Virus record (IMG/VR): IMGVR_UViG_3300012352_000355 | Location: 32,001 to 96,000 of that record | Direction: 5' to 3' (one strand) | Source: a virus | DNA: 64,000 nucleotides | Part shown: positions 48,001-56,671 of the stretch, in pieces | How the letters are laid out: every line of letters starts with the position of its first letter | Position numbering within the stretch: position 1 is the first letter of the stretch | Notes under the pieces: generated by a model | What the model saw: the letters and a program-made list of their open reading frames with translations, nothing else | What the model was told of the DNA's origin: nothing | Database searches by the model: none | Program-made: the position numbers and the translations under genes

Positions 48001-50394
48001 TCTTTAGGTGTAGATGCAAAGACAAACGCTTTACATAAATTGTTCCAACAAGTAGGTTTAAGATTTGCTTCTAATCCACAGAATATAGACATTAATTCTT
48101 TCTACCTACTTAAGTCAAACAAGAATCCTGACACAGGTGAGATTGAGTTGGGGGGTCTTTACGATGCTGATGGAGTTAACTTAATCTCTGATGTAATCAA
48201 CGAGTTTATTAATGGTCACGTAGATATCGAGAAGGAAGACTGGATTAACTTCTTTAACGCTGATAGAGAACGTACTCCTTTAATTCTTCAAATGGTACTT
48301 AACGGTACTCCTGTAAAGGACGCTATCTTACTAGTAAACCAACCTATCATTCAACACTATATTAGATCTAGTAAGATTACTAAAGTAGGAAAAGCATTGG
48401 GTCAAAAGTCAGCAAGCTTATTTAAAGACTATATTACCCCTGCAATGAATTACTTAGACATTACTCCAGTAACTGTAGATGGTATAGTAGACGAGGCTGC
48501 TACTGTAGAAAAAGTACTTAGCATGCCTTCTATCAATAAGGCATTGTCTGCAGAAAACTTTAACAAAGAAAACTTTGCTCCTAATCCTTACGTAAGACGA
48601 TTTGCTTATGATAAAATTAAAGCAAATAGAAATACTCCTGAAGGTCAATCTGCACTAGAAGCTCAGTTAGCATTTGCTGCTCAGTATTATGTTGTTAAAG
48701 AACAGAATAAAGTCTTGTTAGAGTTAACTAGTAATATTGACTTTAACACTTCTTCATACCGTATCAACACAGAGTTTTATGCAACTACTCAAAACATTAA
48801 AGTAGCTGCTCCTAACTTTGCAGCTGAAGGGTTTAACAGAATACTAGAATCAAGTGTAGTAGCTCCTTTTAATATTCTTGAGGACACTGAAAAGCTTATT
48901 GACCAGGTTTGGGACTTCTTCTCTATAGAGGAGATTAAAGAACACCTATACAACGTTAAACAATCTTACGGTAAATACTGGGGTAGAGATGAATCTGTTA
49001 CCAATTACAATCAGTTGGTTAACTCTTTTATGTTGTCTTTTATTCAGAACATTCCAAGCCTTAAGTCTTTTCAAGATAACTATGGTATTAGTTCTGGCTT
49101 ATTTGATTTAAAATCTGCTAATAACTTAAGAACTAGATTCGATAAACTGTTTTCAAGTACAGAAGACAAGACTCTTAAGAGATTTGCCGAGAACAACTTA
49201 ATCTTAAACAACTTTAGTCCTATAAGTATACCTGATAGTAATTATTTCTATCCTGGTATGATTACAAATGAAAAGGACGTAGATACAGTTAATGCTGCTC
49301 AAAAAGCTTTCTCTGATGGTTTGAATCATCCTAACCCAGAAGTATCTAAGTTCTTTAGGGACTTAGCTAATGGTGTACTTGTATCTCAAGGTTTTAATAT
49401 TAAGTATCGCTCAATCCAAAACTTTATTCCTTTAGAGGCAAAGAGCGACTTAATGATAGAGTTGTCTATTGCTCTTAAGAAAATTAAGATAGGCTTAAGT
49501 AAGCCAGTAGAAGAGATGACAGAAAAAGACAGTGAGGACGCTATGGCATTTATGAGTTTGCTTGAAAGTACTACCTCTATGCATGCTAATCTTTATTGGC
49601 CTTCTAAGGATAACGATTTCATTCCTACTGCTTATATGAAAGCCTTTCCTAACTTTAAAGAAGAGGAAGCAAAGGCTGTTACTACTGAGAAGAAAAACTC
49701 AAGAGTAACAAACCAAGATGACTTGGACGAAGCAAAACTTTATGCTCAGCAGTTTGACAATGATATTCCTTCTATGGATGAACTAGACGAAGAACAATTA
49801 ATAACTAGGAGACTAATAGCTAAAGGCAAAACTGTTCCTGCTAAAACTCCTGCAACTTCTGTATCTACTAATGTTAATCCTGCAAGTAATAAGATAAACA
49901 TCTATGCAGGAGGTAAAGGAGAGAATGCTGAGTTAAGTAATTTTGCAGTAAGGCCTTTTTCTGAAACTTGGGATCTTTCACCACTAGGTATGGACTCGGA
50001 AACGTTAACTTTTAATACGGTAGAGGGAGCATTCCAGGCTACTAAGATTTTGTATAGTACCGATCTAAAAAATTATGATTTGTTACCACAGTTTCAAAAA
50101 TTATCTGGAGCACAAGCAAAAGCATTAGGTCAAAAAATTAAAGGATTGGATACAGAAGCATGGGATTCAAACTCTTCTGTAGTAATGAAAGATTTAATTA
50201 AAAAGTCTTTTGAACAAAATCCAGATGCTCTTGCTAAACTTATTGCCACAGGTAATGCCACCCTTACTCACACACAAGCTAAACGTAAGTGGGCTAAAGA
50301 ATTTCCTAGAATCCTGATGGAAGTAAGGGCTGAGTTAAGAGACAATAACCTAGAAGGATTTGATTTTGAAGTAACTAAGTGTATCGTAGATTGA
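42019..50394 (+). CDS. Virion RNA polymerase (crAss-like, two-barrel) with N-terminal zincin-like motif and C-terminal NADAR domain
   Basis: RIPVQG..S and GSDFDIDKL catalytic motifs (about 47210-47350); HEGWH...EEVLAEEF; C-terminal LSNF...TVEGAFQATK...M..LI..SFEQNP.....L..TG. Confidence 0.92.
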   Translation: MICPNLSDNKVRAEFTNLTNLVGEDFAYFVWNRNGGYPLDKKVVTVKGKETVIDNPLYNHFLGSYNNVKQATLATSIYYSKKLQKSNPGFDNLPIQEQANIIHDFVQENETLEKASERVMRFIAQGFKAERVLDESIRRVAFDEARKIANGRQLLDSYVWFKTSPLSLFVDFANMQNKEESSFATWTKSAITLYKGSDYSDLYHEGWHEFTQRFMTKEQRIALYQSVKSRPSTALINGVQVPYYALTSRQIEEVLAEEFRSFSLNKSNPEVVVPRIEAPVRNLFQKIWDFLTSIFNASPQEIASRPAEEVQDGITALFEKLYAGKIYEYTPSVTNISEKVLNRNKSFQINYVAKDGRTIPFEYNALEAAEIFSAIDFFLSKAMDDFKTSDGTKIKLEMSFLLNKDLKQVYLPQLYESARNSMLQYISALEEEATTADEATAEVLKLRVKNLKGLVVRTAANDGWATVVENHQRASKGGVFYLEENKKSYDVDNRIDDQDESELRRDSRSFANAEDVDPMSLASPEILQLIKILPGTYYNSLGEMVTATGPSFGLPQSGDFLRNKNLVLSKVSGSISYEEAIQRLENTLDIAPQLRQLIDRLPPTDTSLSLSQLALKSQFMQFAAMPTVYPYEIKSLVQNELSAVTKKKEKRLETKAFLNNTLSQDKLIEFFDQDFVSNRLRKYRLIDPKEIDLAVYDRASVLSDYRAYTENGFTSDQVAFEFLNDAFGINLIADKNPNLLFNKRGELQLGVNPIFTTTNLRNLVKIANNALFKLKLLSLIDSSGENLNTPTISYNPLLALSSDISKQLKEQIKELKSGEKNKVIKEYFEKHFKAATLDNERTSAFSTIEKLYNISNSASYLNPEGNLEYAVREWNHLLDSASKINNVKNIYELEGHLNPESNNFLEYSLVMNAMFRKDDGTRRTTNSGEGVYLEVLNMSGFTIGKTRGDKTTNLSGDGKLLQDFLSFIQDATIENMRVGAKSSSFATRLSGNRGEREYFKYDQYQFKNQAVVSSDFIRQMQNYLNFEAMRMFDDRAKSTRKEKAGSEFIILDTILPQDIKDKVKEAVNEAPNKEALKLTLRGMFGLSANSLYGPFKDAVTAYFKSSADVLKVSFNEILSKGESKNLAKEFYRIHKKQDGTAYTPEEIDSVLLYFTTNYFAHQVEVMHLLIGDPSNYKIKNNEWREAFKRLGPAISPGKQPRLDLQDTNSWNTDPSLSRGLEEVQRGKGKGRPYDTNLNYVQYEDIKTFEYLDEVAKSSIKESIRQNYLDALIAAKGPLSPEELARESAQIDSNTDAVLVQDEEANAQAYAGLDFIRYYLNSIGEWLPELEEAYKHEVKVLQAIKNYRQSNSTEDLAKVKELVRQSNLGILTSLKLGYYGSPTDYNKYNVLGKYSVFPLSPSMVFDTDLENLMFDYLDKGVDMSTFSSGNKMSLPVNEMAFYNSVELNGKKIPVPNANGALEVTKVDPNLIVRLPIDGLRRQQYIAPKFKGEATLSTQMVKLIFSNFFVSGKINPKYAHIQDKIEALQEAFINNIKTIVEVEKAKIYSKIGATVNAEGKLTSINTKDFTNWLHREFDKKEVPSSVYDFIRPSNNNQFVFSLDAGVQRSLIDQIISSALSKRVLKPKMFGEAYIQLASSGFNKLGTRKQKPTVDEIKTISKEFNVSGLRDYRIEDGVTQPADVLIPFNAKKHAPLLNLVWNGEVIGTLDRLNDALDDPQWVKTHSAKITLVGVRIPVQGLNSMEYFRVRRFLATVGGPVMVVPPSIVTKSGSDFDIDKLFMYEPELDENGELIVNAELASAEYRAKIIENILDKNTYLKGKALFLDNLFDSESFREAGLVSKEIDSIKKMISDLKGIKTSGEEDDIAYFKENIGPLNMKLGIAIERFKTLRNQDPNVVQFLENLAQYKEVLSEMENISEKLIKGSASNNMISVISGVLSEASIYSEFTKPNVNKILPEIAREYQALKGRDSKIDSSAMFLIETSIRIFTENNLGKKSLGVDAKTNALHKLFQQVGLRFASNPQNIDINSFYLLKSNKNPDTGEIELGGLYDADGVNLISDVINEFINGHVDIEKEDWINFFNADRERTPLILQMVLNGTPVKDAILLVNQPIIQHYIRSSKITKVGKALGQKSASLFKDYITPAMNYLDITPVTVDGIVDEAATVEKVLSMPSINKALSAENFNKENFAPNPYVRRFAYDKIKANRNTPEGQSALEAQLAFAAQYYVVKEQNKVLLELTSNIDFNTSSYRINTEFYATTQNIKVAAPNFAAEGFNRILESSVVAPFNILEDTEKLIDQVWDFFSIEEIKEHLYNVKQSYGKYWGRDESVTNYNQLVNSFMLSFIQNIPSLKSFQDNYGISSGLFDLKSANNLRTRFDKLFSSTEDKTLKRFAENNLILNNFSPISIPDSNYFYPGMITNEKDVDTVNAAQKAFSDGLNHPNPEVSKFFRDLANGVLVSQGFNIKYRSIQNFIPLEAKSDLMIELSIALKKIKIGLSKPVEEMTEKDSEDAMAFMSLLESTTSMHANLYWPSKDNDFIPTAYMKAFPNFKEEEAKAVTTEKKNSRVTNQDDLDEAKLYAQQFDNDIPSMDELDEEQLITRRLIAKGKTVPAKTPATSVSTNVNPASNKINIYAGGKGENAELSNFAVRPFSETWDLSPLGMDSETLTFNTVEGAFQATKILYSTDLKNYDLLPQFQKLSGAQAKALGQKIKGLDTEAWDSNSSVVMKDLIKKSFEQNPDALAKLIATGNATLTHTQAKRKWAKEFPRILMEVRAELRDNNLEGFDFEVTKCIVD

Positions 50395-50403
50395 TAATAC
50401 ACT

Positions 50404-50411
50404 TATATTTG
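50404..50411 (+). promoter_or_regulatory. -7 promoter element TATATTTG upstream of the third giant gene
   Basis: Consensus -7 element; no clear -33 element. Confidence 0.45.
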
Positions 50412-50441
50412 TATTAGTTAAAATAAAAAAAGTAAACAAAG

Positions 50442-53400
50442 ATGCCAAACGGTTGTGTAATAAAATATCCTAATCCCGTAACTGGGATGAATCAAACTTC
50501 AGTACTTGCCTACACTCTTTCTCAAATGGGGTACAGCACTGAAGAATCGATAAACTTAGTCAAAAGAGGCAGTACCTATTCTAAGAAGAATGGGTACAAT
50601 GCCTGGCCTAAGCCTATTAACAGACCTGAAGCACGCTTTGGTAACTTTATAGAAATAGACTCAGACAATCTTGTAGCTAATTTAGGACTAGACTCTGTAC
50701 TTAAACCTTCACAGGTTAGTTATATGAGAGCTGCTCAAGATTTGTTTGAAGATGTACAGGTAAGGGTGGATGCTCCTATTAACTTAAAACTGTTAATGGA
50801 ATTAGGAAACTATGTTAAGAAAGGAGGAGAAGCTTCTCTTAAGATAGAAGTAGTTAATCCTGAAGCACCATTAATACAAAGGATGTATAAAGTATATCCT
50901 GTTCCTGCTACTCCACTTAACCGTGAGTATTTATTTAGTTTCATTGAGACAGAAATATTTAGCAAGAACGTATCTATTGGAAAAGAAACAAGACTTGATT
51001 TCTTAAAGCCTTATATAGATTTCTCAGAGCCTGATATCTATGATACAATGGCTAAAATGCTAAACGATTCTCAGACACCTGCATACGAAAAGTATTTGAT
51101 TAAGAAACTACTTCCTATGATGGACTTAGTTCCGAGTATTACTTTTGACTTCTTTACAGGCTCAGACATTCTTCAGGTAGAAAAAATTCCTGCAGGACAA
51201 TACAATAGAGAGTTTAATAATATAAAATTAAACGTATTTGGACTTAAGAATGGGGATATGTCTAGTGCTAGGAGACTTATTCTACACGAAGTACTTCACT
51301 CTGTACTTTCTTCTGCTATTGACAATCCTATTAGCGAGGTAGACAAGAAACTAGTCAATTCTTTAAAGCCAGTATTAGCTTATTACAGGCAGAAATATTC
51401 TAGCGAAAAGTTTACAAATGAGTATTACGGTTTACAAGATTTACATGAGTTCGTATCTGAGTTCTTTACTAATCCTGAGTTTAGAGACTTACTAGAGTCT
51501 AACGATAGTAACTGGTTCTTAAAGACAATTGATGCTATCTGGAAATTCTTTACAGGCAAACTTCTATTAAACAAGAACGTAAATACTGTAGAGAACATAG
51601 AACAAATTCTAGAAGATATCTTTAACGATATTATATACTCTCAAGAAATCAATACGTCTCTTACCTATACTAATACTTCGAAGTTTGAATCTCCTCTAAG
51701 CTTCAATCAAATGCTTGAGATAGATAAGTTTACTGAGAACAACTCTGAACTTTTATCTGAATTCTCGGCTAACCTAGATAGATTACTAGCAGAAGATAAC
51801 TTGCTTAACTGGTCTAAGATTATAGATCAAGCAGAGTTCTTAGGAGTAAACGTAAATAGTGTACTAAGAACAAAAGATACTTTCGTAGAGATATCTCCTG
51901 CTGAAGCAAAAGAATCATTTAAATCTATGGTTACATTCTTCCACGAGACTGCTAAGTATCTAAGAAGTATACGTAACTCTCTTGATAAGTTAGCTGCAGA
52001 TCCTAACATAACAGCTGACCAAGTATTCAGACAGGCTTATCATGCTAAGGAACTAGGAGAACAATACATAAACTTTGTAGAGAAGTACAGAGAAGTAATG
52101 GGTAACATAGGTATAGATACTATCCTAGGAATCCAACTTCTTAATATAAAAAGTACTGCAGACTCTTTAAAGGAAGCGTACTTGAATAATGCAACTGAGG
52201 CTTTGGCTATTAAATTAGCAGATGAGTTTGCTCCACAAACTAAAGATGCTCAGAAACGTATCCAAGAAAACATTGAAAGATTTAAAGTTAGTTTGGCGAG
52301 TGCACAAAGCCTAGGTAACGCTAAACTTATAAAGCTTACTGAAGATAGAATCAAGAACGAAGAGGCTCGCTTACAGAGTCTTGCTACAAAGTCTAATATC
52401 ATTACTGCTCTTAAGGGACAGATTAAAGACATAGGTAACTTCTCTTTATTCTTAGAGTCAGCAGGTCTCTCAGGAAACGTAATTACTGGTACAGTAGGTG
52501 GTATGATTGCTAACCAATTTGATTCTGCTAATGTTAAAGCACAATCTATGGAGGTTAAACTTAAAAGATTAGCTGATGAGTTACAAAACCACTTGAAGAG
52601 TAAGGGTGTAGGAGTAAACACTTCTTTTGATTTTGAGAATGTTTTCGGAAGATTTCTTAAGAAAACTGAAGTAGTTGAAATGAAGAATGGTAAGATTGCT
52701 AAGAGAGACACTCTAGTCCTACTTAGTGAGATGGATGAGGTTCGCTACAACAACGACTTGATTAAACTAAAACAAGAATTAAGAGATCTCAAACAAACTA
52801 AAGTACAAGACTCTGCCGTAAAAGATCTTATTAAAGCTAAGGAAGCACAGATAAGAAACTTTAAACAACAGTACGAAGAACAGCCTTACCAAGAAGTCTA
52901 TTACCAAATCCAGAATATGTTAAGCTCAGAAGCAAGAGAAGCTAGAGACTTAATACTTCAAGAGATGGATAAGATTCAAGTAGGTAGTTTGAATGAAGAG
53001 AACTCTGAAGAACAGTTAGATAAACTAGAAGATCTCAAAGAAGATTTAGATCGTTTGGAGTCTGATTACGATAAAAACAAAAACTTAAAAGACGAAGAAG
53101 GTTTAAGAATCGCAGCTAATATAAGAGAGTGGAAGAGGAGTAGGACTGCTGCTCAACTCTACACCTACAATATCACTAAAGAAAATCAGGAACTCTTTGA
53201 TAGCCAACTTATTGCTAAGAAGAACGCTTACGATAAAGCTGTATCAGACTACGAACAGTCTTTGTCTGAGAAAGCAGATCCAGAAACTCTAGATTATAAA
53301 AAACAAACTGCAGAGTATTATAGAAAACAGTTTGAACTTTGGAAAGCTAACAACTGTGTTAGGAAGATTAGTCCAGAATTCTACAAAAATAGAAAGCAAA

Positions 53401-56240
53401 TAACTGATTCTATTGCTGCTATTCAGGGTAGATACCCTCTCCCTGACGGTGTACGTAAGATGGATGTGGTATGGGGAGAATTGTTTGACGTACTTAAAGG
53501 CTATAAAAATAGTGATAACTTTTATGAAGGCTCTAAGATTTCTTCTCCTAACGAAGACGGAACCCCTTCTAACATCTCTGCCATTGTAAGAAGCCTAGAA
53601 GAAGAGATTGAAGATATTAAAACAGTCTACAAGAAAGAGAACAAGATGTCTAAGGAAGATCAAGACGCTCTTACAGGGTTGTTTGCAAGCTTCTCAGATA
53701 TTCAAGAGAAGGTTTATACTCCAGACTATATAAAAGAATATACAAGTCGCTTAAACGCTGTTAAAACAAGTCTTATAGCAAAAGACTCTACAAGATACCA
53801 AGATCAATCAGACGACTCACTTCTTAAACTTGATGCCGAGAAAGAACTTAGAAAGACAGAATGGTACAAACAAAACCACAAGAAAGTAAGTGTATGGGAC
53901 TCAGTAAACTCTATTTGGACAAATACTGATGAGCCTTTGTACTTCTGGACTGCTACTGAACCTACTGATAAGACTTTAATTAGCGACACTTCTCCTTCTT
54001 TTAGATGGAATACAATCGCAGTTAATCCTATCTATGTAAGACCAGAGATCAAGAATGTAAGATATAGTAAGCGTGTTCCTTTGCGTACAGATAAAACAGA
54101 TTACAGAAACAAAGAGTACGACAAACTAGATACCAAAGAAAAAGAAATCTTAAAGAAAGTAACTGATATCTACTTAGAACTACAGAGTGGTACTCCTATG
54201 AATCTTAAAAAAGGATTAGAGTTACCTAGTGTAGTAATGGATGCTACTGAAAGATCTCTTAAAGGAACAAACTTGGGTACACTTAAGTCTAAGATATCTT
54301 CTACAGCACAATCTATCTGGGACAAAGCAACCTTTGAGGATGACGAAGAGGTACAAAGAGATACTGCTGGAACAGTTATGCAAAAGGTAAATAGAAAACT
54401 TTACTTAAAGTATAATAGACCTATCCCTGCAGATAAGATGAGCTTAAACATATTCAATAGCATTGCTATGTATGGAGCAGATCTTATTAGATTCAAAGAA
54501 GCTTATGCAGTAGTTCCTTACATCTATGGTATTCAAGACGTATTAAATAAGTCTATGCCTGGAAGTAAGATTGAAAAGATGATTAGCAACTTGTTTGAAC
54601 GTAAGTTACAGGGTAAGAGTCGTAAGTTTATAGTTAATAATAAAGCAGGAAGACTTGTAGAGAAAGTAGTAGATACAGCTTTAGCAGCTAACTCACCTAT
54701 TACTTTGGCTTTCCGACTTCCTTCAAGTGTAAAGAACTTTATGGCAGGTTCTGCTAACGTATTTATTCAAGCAGAAATGTATGGTTTGAGTCGTAAGGAA
54801 ATCTTTAAAGCTATGGGTAAGAACTCTGTGCACATAGCAGACTTGTTTCAGTCAGAAGTAGAGGATGGTAGGGACTCTGAGTACATCTCAAAGATGCGTT
54901 ACTTTAACGTAATGCCTGACGATCAACTTTCAGAAACAGGTAGAAAAGTATTTATATCTAAGCTAGGCAAATACCGTAAGTACAATCCTTTTAACTTCCT
55001 TGCGTTCTTTAGAACATTTGGAGAATTTGAAATGAGAAGTGCAGTAGCCGAGGCCCTTTCTGAAAAATTTCTTATACCTCTTACAGATAAACCTAACGGA
55101 GTACCATTGTTTGAGGCTTACGACTTTAAGGATGGAGTGCTTGTTCCTAAAGAAAGTATTATTGATAAAGAAGGTTTTGAGAAAATAGAACAATACTACA
55201 GAGGAAAACTTAACTTTATTAATGCAGCTATACAAGGTGCTTACGGATCTTTAGATAGAGGAGAGTATTCAAGATATACATTAGGTCGTATTATTGGTAA
55301 CATGAAAGGGTGGGTTGCTTACCAAGGTATGAGAAGATTTAAAACGAGTAGAAGTATTAATCCTAGATCAGGAGAAGAATTCCAAGGATTCTACACTACT
55401 GCTATACAGGCAATTAAACTTCTTTATCAAACAAACTTCTCTCTTCCTGCAACTAAAAACCTAATGACTCCTCAAGAGAGAGCAGAGGTAGAAGGTGCAG
55501 CCATAGATATGTTAGTACTGGCTGTGATTATGGGAGTATCCGCTATTCTTAATAGTATAAGATACGATGATGAGGACGAAGAGGATATGTATATTGTATA
55601 TTTCTTTCTTTACAACTTGTTGTTGATTGAAGATGAATTAAACAGTTTGAACCCTGTATTTAGTCCTTTGTCTATCTATCATTCTAGATTTGAGAATAAT
55701 GTAGATGGACAGAATTTTGCTCAATACTACTTGAACAGAAACGTTCTTCTTCCTTTTGCAGGAGCTACAGATGCACTTAAGTTAACTATGGAAATGGTTA
55801 ATCCATTTGATGATGTAAGTCCTTTTGATGAGTACGTACCTCGTAGTAAGAGTGGTAAAATTTCCAACCCAAAGAGATACCCACCAGATCCCACACTTAA
55901 AGGAGATACAGAAATTTCAGCAAGAATACAAAAACTATTTGGATTGAATGCTTCTATCAACTTCTTTTTAAATCCTGAATACCTATTTAGAAAGTATGAG
56001 AAATATAATCCTAAGTGGTACGTAAGTAGTCTGGATGCAGATTTAAAATCAGAAAAAAGATCTATCAATTCTATAGACAAACAAATTAAATCTATAGAAA
56101 GACAATATGACTACATAGATGATCCTGATACTAGACAGAGTCTTATGAATAAAGTAAGCGACTTAGAGAGGCAGAAAGAAGAATCAGGAGAAAGACAATC
56201 TAGTTTAACAGAAATATATTCAGAGACTGGGAGGAGGTAA
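50442..56240 (+). CDS. Giant virion ejection protein (1932 aa) with zincin-like metallopeptidase motif
   Basis: ILHEVLHS...YYGLQDLHEFVSEFFTNPEF; long coiled coils; hydrophobic C-terminal helices. Confidence 0.78.
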   Translation: MPNGCVIKYPNPVTGMNQTSVLAYTLSQMGYSTEESINLVKRGSTYSKKNGYNAWPKPINRPEARFGNFIEIDSDNLVANLGLDSVLKPSQVSYMRAAQDLFEDVQVRVDAPINLKLLMELGNYVKKGGEASLKIEVVNPEAPLIQRMYKVYPVPATPLNREYLFSFIETEIFSKNVSIGKETRLDFLKPYIDFSEPDIYDTMAKMLNDSQTPAYEKYLIKKLLPMMDLVPSITFDFFTGSDILQVEKIPAGQYNREFNNIKLNVFGLKNGDMSSARRLILHEVLHSVLSSAIDNPISEVDKKLVNSLKPVLAYYRQKYSSEKFTNEYYGLQDLHEFVSEFFTNPEFRDLLESNDSNWFLKTIDAIWKFFTGKLLLNKNVNTVENIEQILEDIFNDIIYSQEINTSLTYTNTSKFESPLSFNQMLEIDKFTENNSELLSEFSANLDRLLAEDNLLNWSKIIDQAEFLGVNVNSVLRTKDTFVEISPAEAKESFKSMVTFFHETAKYLRSIRNSLDKLAADPNITADQVFRQAYHAKELGEQYINFVEKYREVMGNIGIDTILGIQLLNIKSTADSLKEAYLNNATEALAIKLADEFAPQTKDAQKRIQENIERFKVSLASAQSLGNAKLIKLTEDRIKNEEARLQSLATKSNIITALKGQIKDIGNFSLFLESAGLSGNVITGTVGGMIANQFDSANVKAQSMEVKLKRLADELQNHLKSKGVGVNTSFDFENVFGRFLKKTEVVEMKNGKIAKRDTLVLLSEMDEVRYNNDLIKLKQELRDLKQTKVQDSAVKDLIKAKEAQIRNFKQQYEEQPYQEVYYQIQNMLSSEAREARDLILQEMDKIQVGSLNEENSEEQLDKLEDLKEDLDRLESDYDKNKNLKDEEGLRIAANIREWKRSRTAAQLYTYNITKENQELFDSQLIAKKNAYDKAVSDYEQSLSEKADPETLDYKKQTAEYYRKQFELWKANNCVRKISPEFYKNRKQITDSIAAIQGRYPLPDGVRKMDVVWGELFDVLKGYKNSDNFYEGSKISSPNEDGTPSNISAIVRSLEEEIEDIKTVYKKENKMSKEDQDALTGLFASFSDIQEKVYTPDYIKEYTSRLNAVKTSLIAKDSTRYQDQSDDSLLKLDAEKELRKTEWYKQNHKKVSVWDSVNSIWTNTDEPLYFWTATEPTDKTLISDTSPSFRWNTIAVNPIYVRPEIKNVRYSKRVPLRTDKTDYRNKEYDKLDTKEKEILKKVTDIYLELQSGTPMNLKKGLELPSVVMDATERSLKGTNLGTLKSKISSTAQSIWDKATFEDDEEVQRDTAGTVMQKVNRKLYLKYNRPIPADKMSLNIFNSIAMYGADLIRFKEAYAVVPYIYGIQDVLNKSMPGSKIEKMISNLFERKLQGKSRKFIVNNKAGRLVEKVVDTALAANSPITLAFRLPSSVKNFMAGSANVFIQAEMYGLSRKEIFKAMGKNSVHIADLFQSEVEDGRDSEYISKMRYFNVMPDDQLSETGRKVFISKLGKYRKYNPFNFLAFFRTFGEFEMRSAVAEALSEKFLIPLTDKPNGVPLFEAYDFKDGVLVPKESIIDKEGFEKIEQYYRGKLNFINAAIQGAYGSLDRGEYSRYTLGRIIGNMKGWVAYQGMRRFKTSRSINPRSGEEFQGFYTTAIQAIKLLYQTNFSLPATKNLMTPQERAEVEGAAIDMLVLAVIMGVSAILNSIRYDDEDEEDMYIVYFFLYNLLLIEDELNSLNPVFSPLSIYHSRFENNVDGQNFAQYYLNRNVLLPFAGATDALKLTMEMVNPFDDVSPFDEYVPRSKSGKISNPKRYPPDPTLKGDTEISARIQKLFGLNASINFFLNPEYLFRKYEKYNPKWYVSSLDADLKSEKRSINSIDKQIKSIERQYDYIDDPDTRQSLMNKVSDLERQKEESGERQSSLTEIYSETGRR

Positions 56241-56253
56241 TCTTCCCAATCTC

Positions 56254-56283
56254 TTGACTTTATTTTAAATAAAAGTATTTTTG
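56254..56283 (+). promoter_or_regulatory. Bacteroidota promoter (TTG-N19-TATTTTTG) for the lysis region
   Basis: Consensus match upstream of ATG56333. Confidence 0.7.
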
Positions 56284-56332
56284 TGTAAACGGACTTAGGT
56301 CGGACTTAAAGTCGTAAAAGATAATATATATT

Positions 56333-56671
56333 ATGGAAACTCATGACATTCTCAGAGAGCAATCAAAGAAACTTCGTCACATCGAAGGGCAACTTTGTTG
56401 CATCAATGCTAGCGTAACTGCCGAGGCAGGTATGAACGGTAGCAAAGTTATCTCAGGTACTTCTCCTGTTACAGGTAGCTTTCAGTACTTTGTAGTAAAC
56501 GCATCTGCTGTAGTTACAGCAATCTTAGATCAAGATGGTAATAGTCTTATGACTACACTAGGTTTGTCTGGGATTACTTTAGCTCCAACAATGAAAGTTA
56601 GCGTAGCTAAAGGTACAACTATCTCTTCTATTACACTTTCTTCAGGTTCTTTAATCGCTTACAACGCTTAA
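56333..56671 (+). CDS. Small beta-rich protein, probably structural
   Basis: CC motif; C-terminal ISSITLSSGSLIAY. Confidence 0.6.
   Translation: METHDILREQSKKLRHIEGQLCCINASVTAEAGMNGSKVISGTSPVTGSFQYFVVNASAVVTAILDQDGNSLMTTLGLSGITLAPTMKVSVAKGTTISSITLSSGSLIAYNA

Noticed and set aside
8264-50394. Introns or inteins in terminase, MCP or RNAP
   Set aside because: Reading frames are continuous, and no intein splice motifs or embedded LAGLIDADG domains were recognised
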